From: Felis catus | Taxonomy: Eukaryota | Direction of reading: 5' to 3' | NCBI RefSeq assembly: GCF_018350175.1 | Contig: NC_058383.1 | Location: 23,314,001-23,378,000 of the forward strand | DNA: 64,000 nucleotides | Part shown: in pieces, positions 1 to 11,700 of the stretch | Numbering within the stretch: position 1 is the stretch's first letter | Layout: each line of letters opens with the position of its first letter | Notes under the pieces: generated by a model | The model's database searches: none | Told to the model about the DNA's origin: nothing | The model's input: the letters and a program-made list of their open reading frames with translations, nothing else | Translations under genes and position numbers: made by a program

Positions 1-437
1 GAACTTCTCCAACACAAAGCACTCAGGTGGTGGCTCTCAAGCTAATCTCTATGTGCCAACGAGTCTGCTCTTCCAGGTTTGAGCCCTCAGCTCTGACAGC
101 TCTCAAATATGGACACTGCAGGCAGCAAGCAGCAGGCAAGTAAACAGTTGGAGAAGGTCAGCTGGTGGGTAGGTGGAAAACCTAATTAATTTGTACCATT
201 CAAGTAGTACAGGAATCACCCCTTTTGTAGGAACGTACAAGGGTGCGGCCAAGATAAGAGGCCCTTTGGCCACCCCCCAGCAATTTTTCTCCTCTCCCCC
301 AAAGTTCCTAATGTTAGCATAGTTTGTGAGGTACACTTTCGGTCTTTCTTCTGTGCTTTCATGAAAACTAGGAAAACCCAGCAGAGTTTAATAGGGGTTT
401 GGAGTGGAGAGGGCATGTACGATGAAGACATTCTGCA

Positions 438-469
<32 letters not shown>

Positions 470-629
470 TTCCCCACTCAACATGGAAATGCCTGTAGAT
501 TTAACTCGGTCCCTGCCAAGTATTTCATCAAATACGTGATGTCTCAGCTTATTTACGATTTATATTGTTTATATATCATGGTTGATTTAGCCATTTCCCT
601 GTTAATAGGAGTTTAGGTTTGTATCCATT

Positions 630-1055
630 GTGATTAAACTTGGCTGCCTATAACCAAGAAACCCAAAGTAGCAGCAGTTTGAATAGGATATTAATTTGTC
701 TCATTTAAAGGAAGTCCAGAAGGAGGCGGTCTGAATCATCAGCATGGGGGTTCCATGAAGTTAACAGCCACCTGGGCTCTTGGTAACCTTGGGTGTGTCC
801 CACCTTCCTGTGGTTGAAGTTGGGTGCTGCGGTCCCCATAATCATCACATCTCCATCCCAGCAACTGCATGGAAGAAGGGGAAGAGATTTCCGAGAAATC
901 CCACATGAATGTTGTGCACCTTTCGTTGGCTGGAATTCAATCACACGGCTACCTCTGGCAGCAAGGGGTAGCCGTGGATGGATGGAAATGTTACTAGGTT
1001 CTGTTGGTTTGAGAGAGAAGGTGGATATTTGGCAGGCAGTCAGCAGTGTCTGCTT
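630..1055 (-). mobile_element. Old MaLR LTR (MLT1-like) fragment
   Basis: 'ttggctgcctataaccaagaaacccaaa...aggaagtccaga' resembles the reverse complement of the MLT1J/K-type LTR end; recalled similarity only. Confidence 0.5.
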
Positions 1056-1971
1056 CAAGTCGTTTCCAGTCTGTTCGTACAACGATGCTTCAACGAACAT
1101 CTTTGAACACGGGGATCACAGTCAAATATCCCCAACCAACTAGAATAGCTTCCAGAGCTGCCAGGGGATCTGGGAGCTAACCTCTGTCTGGAATTAACTC
1201 ATTAACTCTTGAACACAGAACAGTATGGGGCAGAGGGGAGAAGGTTAAAGTGGCCTGGGCAGTGGGAGTCAAGGGCGCTTGCAGGACTTGAGGTAGGGGC
1301 TGTCTCCCAACCAAAAGAGAAGTATTTCAGTATCTTAGCAACTGGTAGAGTCCTGGCTACACTTGCCCTTAGTATGTATACGTGCTGGTGTTTCTCTGAG
1401 TAGATACACTAGGTCGTAGGGTGTGTGTGTGTTTTACATTTTAATAGATGCTCCCAAATTGTTTATGCTAATCCATACCCTCCCAGCAATTCCCCTCAAC
1501 CTCATCACCTCTACATATTAAGATATTATATTTTAAAAATAATTCTGCCAGTTCGTATGGAAGAAAAATGATATCTAGTTATTGTTTTTATATGCGTTCC
1601 CCTGATTCTTTTTTGTTTCTTGGCTATTTCAATTCCTTGTCTATAAACTGACTATTCACAGAGCTTGCCAATTTTGCTGGAATTTATTTTTGTATGTAAT
1701 CTGACGTAGCGCTCTATTTTCAATTAGATAAGCAAATGTCTGAAATCAATTACTAAATAGTCCCCTCTTCTCTTGCAGGTATAAAATACTATATTTCCCA
1801 TCTGTGGATTCTCTCTTTGGTTCCTTCGATCTATTTGTCAATATTTGCAAACAATATTGTCTTAATATGCATTAATTTTGTAATAATTTTAAGGCTTTTC
1901 CAAAATAATATTCAAGCAAGAATCAAAGAATAGGCAGAATGCTTTTGGAAAATAAAAATAAGAATGATACA

Positions 1972-2301
1972 CATTTGACCCTTGAACAATATGGGGTTGG
2001 GGGTGCCAATCCCCCACGCAGTCGAAAATGCACGTATAACTTTTGACTCCCCAAAAGCTTAACAACTAATAGCCTAGTGATGACTGGAATCCTTATTGAT
2101 AACATAGTTAACACATATTTGGTACATTATATGTGTTCTGTACTGTATTCTTAAAGTAAGCTAGAGAAAAGAAAATGCCATTAAGAAAATCATAAGGAAG
2201 AGAAAATATGTTCACAGTACTGGACTGTATTCATCAGGAAGAAAATCCACCTGTCAGTGGACGTGCATCGTTCAAAGCTGTGTTATTTTAAGGGTCAACT
2301 G
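1972..2301 (-). mobile_element. Tigger2-family (TcMar) non-autonomous DNA transposon inserted in an old L1
   Basis: Terminal inverted repeats catttgacccttgaacaa (1972) and tgttattttaagggtcaactg (ends 2301), followed by TA; matches the Tigger2 terminus CAGTTGACCCTTGAACAA. L1-like sequence continues on both sides. Confidence 0.85.
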
Positions 2302-2303
2302 TA

Positions 2304-3180
2304 CTTTTTGCAAGATCTTAAAGTAAATGATAAAGTTACAGTATTAAAACAGTGTGGTGTTAGCTCAAGACAGGACAGACAGAATGATCAGTGGAGTGAA
2401 AGAGAAAGCTCACACCCGGGCCCTCGTGTTTGGTATGCCATCTGGCTGTTGAAATTAAGGCAGTTTCTTTGCCAAAAGAAATTCCAGATGGAACAAAGTA
2501 TTTAATGTTGGAAATTAGGCCATAAAATAATTACAAGAACAATTTGCAATAAAAAACTTAATAAACCTAAAAGTAGTGGAAGAGACCATGGAGGGTAAGA
2601 CTGGTAAATTTGGCTGCATGGCTACATACATAATTTACACTTGTATACCTAAAAGTCTCAAATAAAATTAAAAACAAAGAAAAATATTGTATCAAGAAAA
2701 GTATTGGCAATGTATGTGACATACAAGTTTAATACACTCCTATATAAAGAGTCTTAAAAAATCAATAAGAAAAAATGACCACCACAATGGAAAAGTGGTC
2801 AAAGCACATGAATAGCCACTTCAGAAAAGAAGAAATACAAATGACTAATATACAAAAGGAATTAATGAACATTAAAGAAGTGAAAAATAACAAATGATAA
2901 AATGATATTAACTAGAACTTATTACCAACCAAGATGGCCAATACTTTTTTGAATTATTGAATTTTTGAATTATTGAAACTTTAGAAAGTGTTCATACCTT
3001 TTAACTCAGAGTAGGAATTTATCCCAAGAAAACACATTATGGATACTTACGAAGGTTTGCGTGTAAGGTGATTAGTTCATCAGAGCATTTTTTTATAAGA
3101 ATTAGAAGCTCTCTTAAAACTGCATCCCGTTGGTTTTCGCTTACATAAATTATAGTCCCTTCTCTCTCAATGCCAATCCC
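2304..3180 (+). mobile_element. Old L1M ORF2 3'-region fragment
   Basis: A-rich sequence with L1 ORF2-like motifs (aaaacagtgtggt...agacagaatgatcagtgga; aagcacatgaatagccacttcagaaaagaagaaatacaaatg). Confidence 0.7.
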
Positions 3181-3297
3181 ATATCTCCACCCCAATTCAA
3201 AGTATACTAGGAAGAGGTAGGAGGTCATAGAATAGAGAAGGAACAAGGTTGGCATCTCCCATGTGTCTGAACTTGGCCCCTTAATGATCTAGCCTCT

Positions 3298-3445
3298 TGG
3301 CTCTCAGCCTGGCTACACGTGAGAATCACCTTGCTTATTATATTCAGCCCCACCGGTTGGTTCTGGGTGAGGTCTAGGCCTAGTATTATTTTTAAAGCTC
3401 CCTAGGTGATTCTAGTGTGCAGCCGGGGTCAAGAACCATTGCTAA
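3298..3445. mobile_element. MER5-like hAT-Charlie MITE
   Basis: 'agaatcacc...gctccctaggtgattctagtgtgcagccggggtcaagaaccattg' is a typical MER5 terminal pattern. Confidence 0.75.
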
Positions 3446-3652
3446 CCAGCACTCCCTTTAAGTTGATTAATTACATAGGCTATTGACCAAAGCTGGAACT
3501 AACAGCCTCCAGAAGCCCCAGGGAAGCCAAACCATTGCTTGAGCCCGGCCGATCGCGAGTGGGCAGCGGCCAACCTCATGCCCCAAGAGACGGGCCTCCT
3601 TGGCCTTGCTACAGCCCGGCCAGCCAAGTGTCGGTTAGATTTAATACCAAAG

Positions 3653-3850
3653 AGGTCACGGGTGACCTTGACAAACACACTTACCGGCGCGGGATTCTTG
3701 ACTGTTCTGTGACAAACTGCCATAACAAAGCTACACACCAGTTCGTGTTTCCATTTTTAGCCTCTTTATTACCTCCATCTGTTGGTGGAGACGCGGCGGC
3801 AAACACACAGAGTGTGAGCTGCAGTGTTATCTGGTATCATATAAATAAGG
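3653..3850 (-). promoter_or_regulatory. Candidate TATA/Inr core promoter and first exon (about 3815 to 3685) with nuclear-receptor element
   Basis: Minus strand: TATTTATA (3847-3840), Inr-like TCACACT (3817-3811) about 30 nt downstream, donor CCG|GTAAGT at 3685/3684. AGGTCA-cggg-TGACCTTGA at 3653-3671. Non-repeat sequence with locally retained CpGs. Confidence 0.4.
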
Positions 3851-4310
3851 ACCGCCAGACTCCTACGGTCTCCCACTTAGGGTGGGGGCTAATGCTTCCT
3901 CTGTGGGTGACTCCTTCTGTCCTTTCCCCTCCACCTCTATGACATGTTTGCAGTTTACACTCCATTTCACACAAACAACTTCCTAACACTTCCTTGCTTA
4001 TACAGTGATGGCTTGAGGCTTAGCTACAGACCTTGAAAATGCTTATTTTCATCAGTGACTGCCTCTTCCCTCATCCCTCCCCCAGCCTCCCACCCTAACC
4101 CCTGTCTAATGATATTGGGAGCTCTAAGGACCATCACTCATTTCAGATCATTTATTAACATATAAAGGAGGTGATGCATTAATGTCTAGAATCCGCCCCC
4201 CCCCCCCACTTCTAAGTATGAGTCAATAAAAGGGAAGGGGGAAAGATGTGGATTGCATTTATTGGGGTTCTCTAATTTTCTGTGCCCTTTCCACTGTGCT
4301 TGGGTTCCTT

Positions 4311-4342
4311 AGAGAGCGAGAGAGAGAGAGAGAGAGAGAGAG
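4311..4342. repeat. (GA)n microsatellite
   Basis: Direct reading. Confidence 0.95.
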
Positions 4343-4489
4343 CAGGGAATTGGGCACATTCCAGGACAGTGTGTTTTGACTTTCAGTCATTTACATGGCA
4401 TCTTCATAATTTCTGCCCTACCCGTCCGTGCACCAATAGGATTACTTCTATAAAATTTCTTTATGTCACCCCTCCTTTATTCTTAGATA

Positions 4490-5370
4490 TTTTTTAAGTG
4501 AGCCTGACTAGTGTTTCCTAGTATGGATGTATCCGTTTCTTTAGTCATTCACCCGCTGAAGGACATTTGGGTTGTTTTCCAATTTTGCCCATTACAAATA
4601 GAGCTGCCGGGAACATGCATGAATGGATTTTTATGTGGACATACCTTTTCATTTCTCTGGGATAAGTAAATGCCCAAGAGCTGAACTGTTGGATCAAATG
4701 ATGATTGCCTGTTTACTTTCTAAGAAACTGCCAAATTGTTTTCCAGACTAGCCATACTGTCTTATGCTATGTGAGCCGTCCAGTTTCTCTGCATCCTCAC
4801 CAGCATCGGGTGTTGTTGCTGTTTTTTATTTTAGCCATTCTGATAAGTGCCTAGTGATCCCTTATTGTGGTTTTAACTACGTCTCCCTGATACTTAATCA
4901 TGTTGAACATCTTTCCATGGGCTCATTTTGCATCTTTATATCCTAATGAGGGAAAGGCTTTTCATGTCTTGCGCCCACTTTCTGATTTTTTTTGTCTGTT
5001 TTTTTACTACTGACTCTTGAGAGTTCCTTATATAGTCTAAATACTAGTCATTTGCTGGATTTGTGGTTTGCACATCTTTTCTCCCACTCTGCAGCTTTTC
5101 TTTCCATTTTTTTCCCACAGTTTCTTTGCGGCACAGGAGTTTTTAATTCAATGACGTCAAAATTATCAATCTTTCCTTTTACAGAGTTGGCTTTGGTGTC
5201 ATGTCTAAGAACCCTGTGGCCCTAGATCCAGAATGTTTTCTCTTGGGTTTTTTTTCCTACAAGTTTTGTAGGTTTACATTTTATATTTATTTGGATGATC
5301 CATTTTTAGTAAGTTTTTCTATAAAATATGAGATTTGGGCCAGGGTTCAGATGTTCCCCAGATTTTGTAT
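4490..5370 (-). mobile_element. Old L1 (L1MA/MB-type) 3' portion
   Basis: Antisense L1 motifs: 'gaaggacatttgggttgttttcc', 'aagaaactgccaaattgttttccag', 'catcctcaccagcat', 'gttgaacatctttccatg'. Confidence 0.85.
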
Positions 5371-5997
5371 GTAAATACTAATATAAACATGTTATTATGA
5401 AAATGAGTTACATCCTATCTTACATCCTGTTCTGTAGCCTAATTTTCTCACAGAGGCCTATACTGTGGACATCTTCACACACCCACTAAATGTATCCATT
5501 TTAATCTGTGTGATAGTTTCTAAAGGCCGTATAATAAGTCATTGCGCTGATGTATCATGCTTTATTAAGGCAGGCATATTTTAAAACCTTCTTACACTGT
5601 TCTAATACCCATTTAATGGAATTCTTTCTAGCTTAAAGCAGGCAGCATCAGTATCTGTTGCTTGAAGCTAAAAACTCACACAAGCATATAAGCGGCTTTC
5701 CAAGAGGTTATTTAAGCAAACGTCACGTGTCAAATATGTCAGGGAACGTGCTACAGCCTCGAAAAGAGTTCTTTCCTTGAATCCTTTGGGCCTCGGTGTT
5801 TGAGTGAATCAGAGAAGCTTGAGCTTCAGGCTTACCCTCATCTTTGTGTGTGTTAAAATACTCCCCAACCCATGGTGGTCATGCCCTTTATGTTTCTATT
5901 TCAGTGTGTATTTGAAGATTTATGAAGATTTTTTTTTTAAAAGGACCTGAGTCACTGCCAATGTTGAGGTTGGGGCTTTAGAGGTCATCCATCTAGC

Positions 5998-6175
5998 TCA
6001 GTGGTTCTTCCCCGGGAGCGCTTACCAGCATCATCAGGGGGGCCTTTTCAATTTGTACCTGTTCAGCCCTTGCCTGACCTTTCTAGATTATACTCTTCTG
6101 GGATGGCACTTGGACCTGTGTGCTTGGGGAAGCCTCTCAGGTGATTGTCTCCCACACTTGGACTGCAGCACCCCT
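5998..6175. mobile_element. MER5-like MITE
   Basis: 'cagtggttctt...catcatcagggggg...aagcctctcaggtgatt'. Confidence 0.55.
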
Positions 6176-6241
6176 GCTGTGATCCAGTCTCACTCCCTTT
6201 CAAGTATTCCAAAGTAGGGATTTCTTCTTAAACATTCTCTT

Positions 6242-6450
6242 GGGGCACATGCATGGCTCAGTCAGTTGAGCAACTAAGGGGATGATCTCACGGTTCATGG
6301 GTTCAAGACCCACGTCAGGCTCTGTGCTGACAGCTCAGAGCCTGGAGCCTGCTTCAGATTCTGTGTCTCCCTCTCTCTCGCCCCTGCCCCGCTCACACTC
6401 TTTGTCTCTCAAAAAATGAGTAAACCTTAAAAAAAAATTTTTTTTAATAA
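6242..6450 (+). mobile_element. CAN-SINE (SINEC_Fc type) with small internal deletion
   Basis: ggggcac...tggctcagtcagttgag head, ctctgtgctgacagctcagagcctggagcctgc core, (CT)n, A/T tail; degenerate TSD aaacattctctt/aaaactctctt. Confidence 0.95.
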
Positions 6451-7126
6451 AAACTCTCTTGATTACCACCAGAGCTCACGTAGAGCTCAGTCCTGAAGCA
6501 GCCCATTCAGCCATTCAAATTCTTTGACCACAGAAAGTTTTCTCTACTGGGTATGAGTTTATTTGCCTTAGAACTGTCCACAGGTTATTGTTTCATGATA
6601 AAGCCATGGTTCTTGCCCTTAACTACCCCTTTAACCCATTTTGGGGAGATGTAAGAAAATGTGCTTCCCCGGGTCCCACCCCCAGAGAGTCTGCTATACT
6701 GGTGTGGGGTGCGGCGGTGTTAGTACCCGTGAAGCTCCCCAGGCGATTTGAATGCAAAGGCAAAGTTGAGCACCAGTGGATGGAAGGGACGAGGGGGTCA
6801 CAAATGGAAATGCCTACAGTGGTCAGGCAGGCAATGAAGTGGGACTGTGGTGAGCTAGAGAGCTCTAGATTCATCCAGAAGGGACCTCAGCTACTCAGCT
6901 CCAGGCAACTGTTGCCGTGCAGGAAGGTGGGCCCAGTGTTGTAAAATGTAGGAATTTTTTTTTTTTTTTTTTTTTAAAGAAAGGCTGGGATTCCAAATCT
7001 TTATGTGAAATCCTAGGATTCTTAAACATGAGCAAGTGATATGAAAAGAAAAGCACTGGGAGGCCAGGTCCAGCCAGTGGGCTTGGGCCTCTGCTCTGAA
7101 ACATTCCAGCACAGGAATTCCTTCTG

Positions 7127-7325
7127 AGGTTTCTCAAGCTTGGCACAATCAACATTTGGGGCTGGATAATTCTTTGTTCTCAGGGCTGGCTGGCACACTG
7201 GTAGGATATTTACAAACACCCCCGGCCTCTACCTACTAAATGACGGTAGCAACCCCACCTCCTCCCATTGGTGACACCCAACATCTCTCTCTCCTGGGCA
7301 GCAGAATTGCCCCTGAGAACCACTC
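7127..7325 (+). mobile_element. MER20 hAT-Charlie MITE
   Basis: 'ggtttctcaagcttggcacaatcaacatttggggctggataattctttgtt...ccccggcctctacctactaaatg...tgagaaccact' follows the MER20 consensus as I recall it. Confidence 0.85.
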
Positions 7326-7329
7326 TTCT

Positions 7330-8060
7330 GAACCGATGCTGGTTGATTGCTTCCCGTGATGAGGAACTCACTCCGGAAGCCACCCATCTATTGTTTGACA
7401 GGTCTAAGATAAGGAAGTTGTTTATTTTTCTCAGTGGAACTTACCTCGCCATAAGTTCCATCCATGGGTTATAGATAGTTCCGTTTTCCAATGCCACCCA
7501 GAAGCAGGCCTTCCAAATTTTCAAGTTGCCTCTTGTGTTCCCCTGCCGAGTCTTCTGTCCTTCCCGCTAAGTTCCTGGATTTGTTTCACAAGGCACATTT
7601 TCCAGACACTTTGCCCTCTGCCAAATGCCCTCCAGGTTTTTGATATCCCTTGTAAAGTGCGGTGCCCAGCCAAACACAACATTCCAGGTGCAGGCTAACC
7701 AGCAAGGCCAGCATAGGAGCTATTTCCTGCCTTGCTCCGAACACTGTGCTTCTATTAATGCATCTTGGGATCACATTAGTTGTTTTTTTGGCAACCACAT
7801 CCCACTGTTGACTCAGGCTGAGCTTGTGGTCAATTAAAACCCACAACTCTTGGTCATGCTGCTCTTAGGCCAGTTTTACTCCATCCTGTGCTACTGCATT
7901 TGTGTGTGTGTGTGTGTATGTGTGTGTGCATGCACACACACATACACACACACACACGCATGCACGTACGCTTGCAAGATGCACTTTAACCTAGTTTTAC
8001 TATATTGCATTTACTGTTGTTAAATTTCACCTCCTTGGTTTCAGTGTATCATTCTAGTAT
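7330..8060 (-). mobile_element. CR1/L3 LINE 3' fragment
   Basis: Minus ORF 7586..7846 (VLIDHKLSLSQQWDVVAKKTTNVIPRCINRS...LVSLHLECCVW) matches the CR1 ORF2 C-terminal pattern GVLVDxKLNMSQQC..AAKKANAILGCINR...LVRPHLEYCVQFW. Confidence 0.85.
7901..7960. repeat. (TG)n/(CA)n inverted microsatellite, 60-bp palindrome
   Basis: Arms 7901-7930 and 7931-7960 are reverse complements at 29 of 30 positions with no spacer. Confidence 0.95.
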
Positions 8061-8304
8061 ACTAAATATTTTGAATCCATATTCATCATTCCACAAAAGA
8101 GCTGTTATGCCCCATTTTCTGTCATTCACAAGTTATTAAGCTTGTCCAGGGCAGTCTGGGCAAGAATATTGTGGAAACTCCTGAGACAGCTTTCCTCCCA
8201 GATGACATGGGCTCAGTAAGATTTCAGTATCCCATCCCTCAGTTGCACATTCCTGCCATTTAGCCACAGGATACCAGGTGAAAACTTAACCCGTTAAAAT
8301 TGAG

Positions 8305-8665
8305 ATATGATATTATTCAGCCTTTAAAAGAAAAGTGATTCTGACACATGCAGCAACACGGACGAGCCTGGAAGACAGTATGCTAGGTGAAAGAAGCCGG
8401 TCACAAAAAGACCAATACTATGGGATTCCTCTTAGAATCAGAGAGCAGTCAAAGTCACAGAGACAGAAAGTAGAACAGTGATTGCCAGGGACGGGGACAA
8501 GAGGGGACCCTCGAGTTAGTGTTTCATGGGTACGGTTTCAGTTCGGGAAGATGAAAAAGTCCTGGACGTGGAGAGTGAATGTACTTAGTGCCACTGAAAT
8601 ATACACCAAAATGATTAAAGTTGTAAATTTTATGTTCTATATATTTCACCCCAATACAAAAATAA
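8305..8665 (+). mobile_element. L1MB-type 3' end fragment
   Basis: 'atattattcagcctttaaaag...gacacatgcagcaacacggacgagcctggaagacagtatgctaggtgaaagaagccggtcacaaaa...gtaaattttatgtt'. Confidence 0.85.
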
Positions 8666-8684
8666 CAAGATACGTTATATAGTA

Positions 8685-8903
8685 GGGGCACCTGGGTGGC
8701 TCAGTTGGTTGAACGTCCGACTTTGGCTCAGGTCATGATCTCACGGTTGGTGAGTTTGAACCCTGCGTCAGGCTCTGTGCTGGCAGCTCAGAGCCTGGAG
8801 CCTGCTTTGGATTCTGTGTGTCCCTCTCTCTCTGTGCCTCCCCTGCTCATGTTCTCTCTCTCTCTCCAAAATAAATAAACATTAAAAAAATATTTTTAAA
8901 AAA
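8685..8903 (+). mobile_element. CAN-SINE (SINEC_Fc type)
   Basis: Full head/core/(CT)n/aataaa tail. Confidence 0.97.
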
Positions 8904-10149
8904 TGAGGTATGCAACCTGCCCAGAGTTTCCTGCACCTGAGGAACACTTCGTGGGCTTCCAGAAGACAAGGTAAGTAAGGTCTTACAAGCTGTTTGGAGT
9001 ATTTAATAGGAAGCATGAAAATCCAAAGTATGACACATGTTGTACTTGTTGGCAGCAGGGGAGCAATGGCCCTTATGTTCCCCAAACTGTCCCACCTCTG
9101 GTGGAGGAGATCCCTGGAGACAATAAACCATTAGTTCATGGTCATCGGGAGACATGCCCCCCGACCCCGACCTCCCTGGTGAAGGAACTCACTTGTACAC
9201 ATACACACACACAACACACACAACTAAGCACCTGGGTGTTCACCTGCTCATGGCCCTTCCAGTGAGGTCATGGATAAGAAGAAACTCCTCCACCCACCTG
9301 ACAGGGCTCCCTTCATCAGATGGCACTGGGAACCGGGGGGTTGGGGGGGATGTGCCTAAAGCTTGGATGCATAACCTGGTTGCCAAGGCTGGTGCGGTAC
9401 AAAAAGACCCATGAAACGAAGCGAGGGGCTGGCGTTGACAATTACATCGGGTCTGAGGACCCAACATCATTTAATAACGCAAGGTTCTCTTTGCATACGT
9501 CTGTTGCTCTTTAAATTTCATTTTTAACGATTCCTTATTTTAAACCTGAAGACAATTTTCTTTGTTGGAAACAAAGTAAGACCTGAGTTCTACCTCTAAT
9601 CTGTCATCTGTTGGCACGATCCCGTCATTTATCTCCTTGCTTCAGAAGTGCCCCCAAATCAATTTTTCTCATCCTTAACATTTTTGCAAACCTTAGCTCT
9701 TTTTCCCCACCAGCCTCCCTGAAACCGTTCTTATCCATGCTTAACAACTTTTGTATTCATCTTTGGTTTTGTGCCTGTCTTTCCATTTTTATGAACTGAT
9801 CTTAAAATGATCAGGACTTGCCAGCGAATTCCCTGGGAGAATACACTAGTTTCTTTAGGGCCTATCTCTTCCCACCTTCCCCCCCCCCCATAGGAATTAT
9901 ATAGAAAATTATTAAATATTCTTTTATATGAATTACACATACTCTGGTTTGCATTTTTGGCCATGGGACTCTGGCCTATGAAACTGTCTAGATCGAACAG
10001 ATAAGCCATAGGGTACAGTAACATATTTGGGCTTCATGGCAGCCCTATGTGCTAGGCAGGCCAGATATTAATATCCTCACCTCCCAGCTAGGAAAGGTGA
10101 ATCTCGGGGAGGTCACCTCAGGTTACACATGCAAAACCACACAACAACA

Positions 10150-10800
10150 GTATTGATGGGGCACCTACCATGGACTGGGCACTGTTCTAGACTGTGGGGA
10201 TCCAGAGGCAAACAAAACTAAACAATGGTCTCATGGAACTTGCATTATAGTGGAGAAGAACAAACAGTAAACAAGTAAATATAGAGAGAATGCCAGGTGT
10301 GATAAGAAGAGAAAGGATGTTGATTTATATCAGATCAAGGCAGTGCTCGCTTTGGCAGCACATATACTATATCAGATCAAGGCATATATTTGAAGGATGT
10401 GAAGGAAATGAGGAAGCCATGTGGATAAGTGGGGAGAGACAGTTTCAGACAGTAGAAGAGCCAGTGCAAAGGCCCTGAGGTGGGAATGTGTTTGGAGTCT
10501 TGGGCAATAGCAAGGAGGCTAATGTGTTTGGAACAAAGTAAGTGAGAGAGAGCGTGGCAAGATATAACATCAGAGGGTTCTAAGTCATGTAGGATTATAT
10601 GGGTTATTGTAAGATCTTTGGTTTTTACTCTGAGGCATACGGAAAGCCACTGGACTTCCTAGAGAGTTGATGTGGGGTGTTAGCAAAAAAGAGGAGTCAG
10701 TGATAATTCAACAATTGAAAGTTTGGAGGTGCCATTAATTGGAATGGGAAGGATTGTGGAGGAAAGAAGTGGGCATGGGGAGCAAGAGCCAGTGTGGACG
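10150..10800 (-). mobile_element. L2 LINE 3' fragment
   Basis: 'gcacctaccatggactgggcactgttctag...ctcatggaacttgcattatagtgg...gtgcaaaggccctgaggtgggaatgtgtttgg' are L2 antisense motifs. Confidence 0.8.
10343..10369 (+). pseudogene. RNU6: Tailless retrocopy of the U6 snRNA 5' end (nt 1-27)
   Basis: gtgctcgctttggcagcacatatacta equals U6 GTGCTCGCTTCGGCAGCACATATACTA with one CpG transition; flanked by the perfect 17-bp direct repeat tatatcagatcaaggca (10326-10342 and 10368-10384). Confidence 0.92.
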
Positions 10801-11029
10801 TATCAGGTATTGGGATAAGGAAAATAAAGGAGGAGCAAGTAGGGTTGGGGGCAGAGGAGGCTGAGGATATAGAGGCATCTATTGATCACAGGATAGGGGT
10901 TCCAGAAGGTCCACGGAAAGGTTTGAGAGAATGCTGTAGGAGGCGTGGAGAAGTATGGGGCTGAGAACATGACTTCAGACTCGCATACTGATCAGACTTG
11001 CTTCCTTGGCCATAGCATCTAGAGGTCTG

Positions 11030-11560
11030 AGTCTCTCACACTGAACAGGCTCAACACCAGTCCACTGATCTTCAGCCTCAAATGTGTGCCCTTGCCATTG
11101 TTTCTCACTTCAGTAAGTGGCAACTGTCTTGCCAGTATTCACACCTGAAACCTGGAACCTTCTTCCGTCCTCCCTTTCTCCACCCCTTCCCCAGTGCAAT
11201 CTGTCGGGAAGCCCTCTTCTGTCATCCTCCTGTAAGAGATCCTAAATCCAGCTACTTCTCTTCCCCACTGTCATGTGCCAGTCCAGGACTTCATCATTTC
11301 TTGCCCACGGTATGCAAAACTCTCCTCATTCATGTCTCCTCCCCACCTTGGCCTGCTAATCTGTTCTTCACACAGCAGGCTAGAGATTAATCTTTTTTAA
11401 AAAACATCCATCAAGTCACACCACTTCTTTGCTTAAAACTCTTAGGGGAAAAAAAAGTTCAGCTCCTCCTGCAAGTTCCAAAGTTCTGCATCTCTTCATT
11501 TGGAGATCTTTGCAATACTGTTCCCTCTGCCGGGATCTCTGACATGCTTAACTGTTGTCT
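11030..11560 (+). mobile_element. L2 fragment
   Basis: 'cagtaagtggcaact...ctgttcttcacacagcagg...cacttctttgcttaaaactctt...ctgttccctctgcc'. Confidence 0.7.
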
Positions 11561-11700
11561 TCATACCTGAACACCAACTTGGATGCACAGTGACTTAGTC
11601 TTCTTTCCTCCAAGAACGCACCATTGGGTCTATCATGGCATTTATTGCTGAAGCAGAAAGGTCTGAGCCACCCACATCCTTGTTTAAAAAAATATTCTGT

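Noticed and set aside
3653..3668. Canonical estrogen response element
   Set aside because: The spacer is 4 nt (cggg), not 3; kept only as an IR4/ERR-type site.
8685..8770. tRNA-like A/B box heads as tRNA genes
   Set aside because: They continue into the SINE core, CT tract and A tail with TSDs; they are tRNA-derived SINEs.
8696..8878. Recurrent 'MAQLV/MAQSVKR...SGSVLTAQSLEPASDSVSPSLS' ORFs (also 11712, 16653, 22794, 38347, 47088 and others) as a gene family
   Set aside because: All are translations of SINEC_Fc copies.
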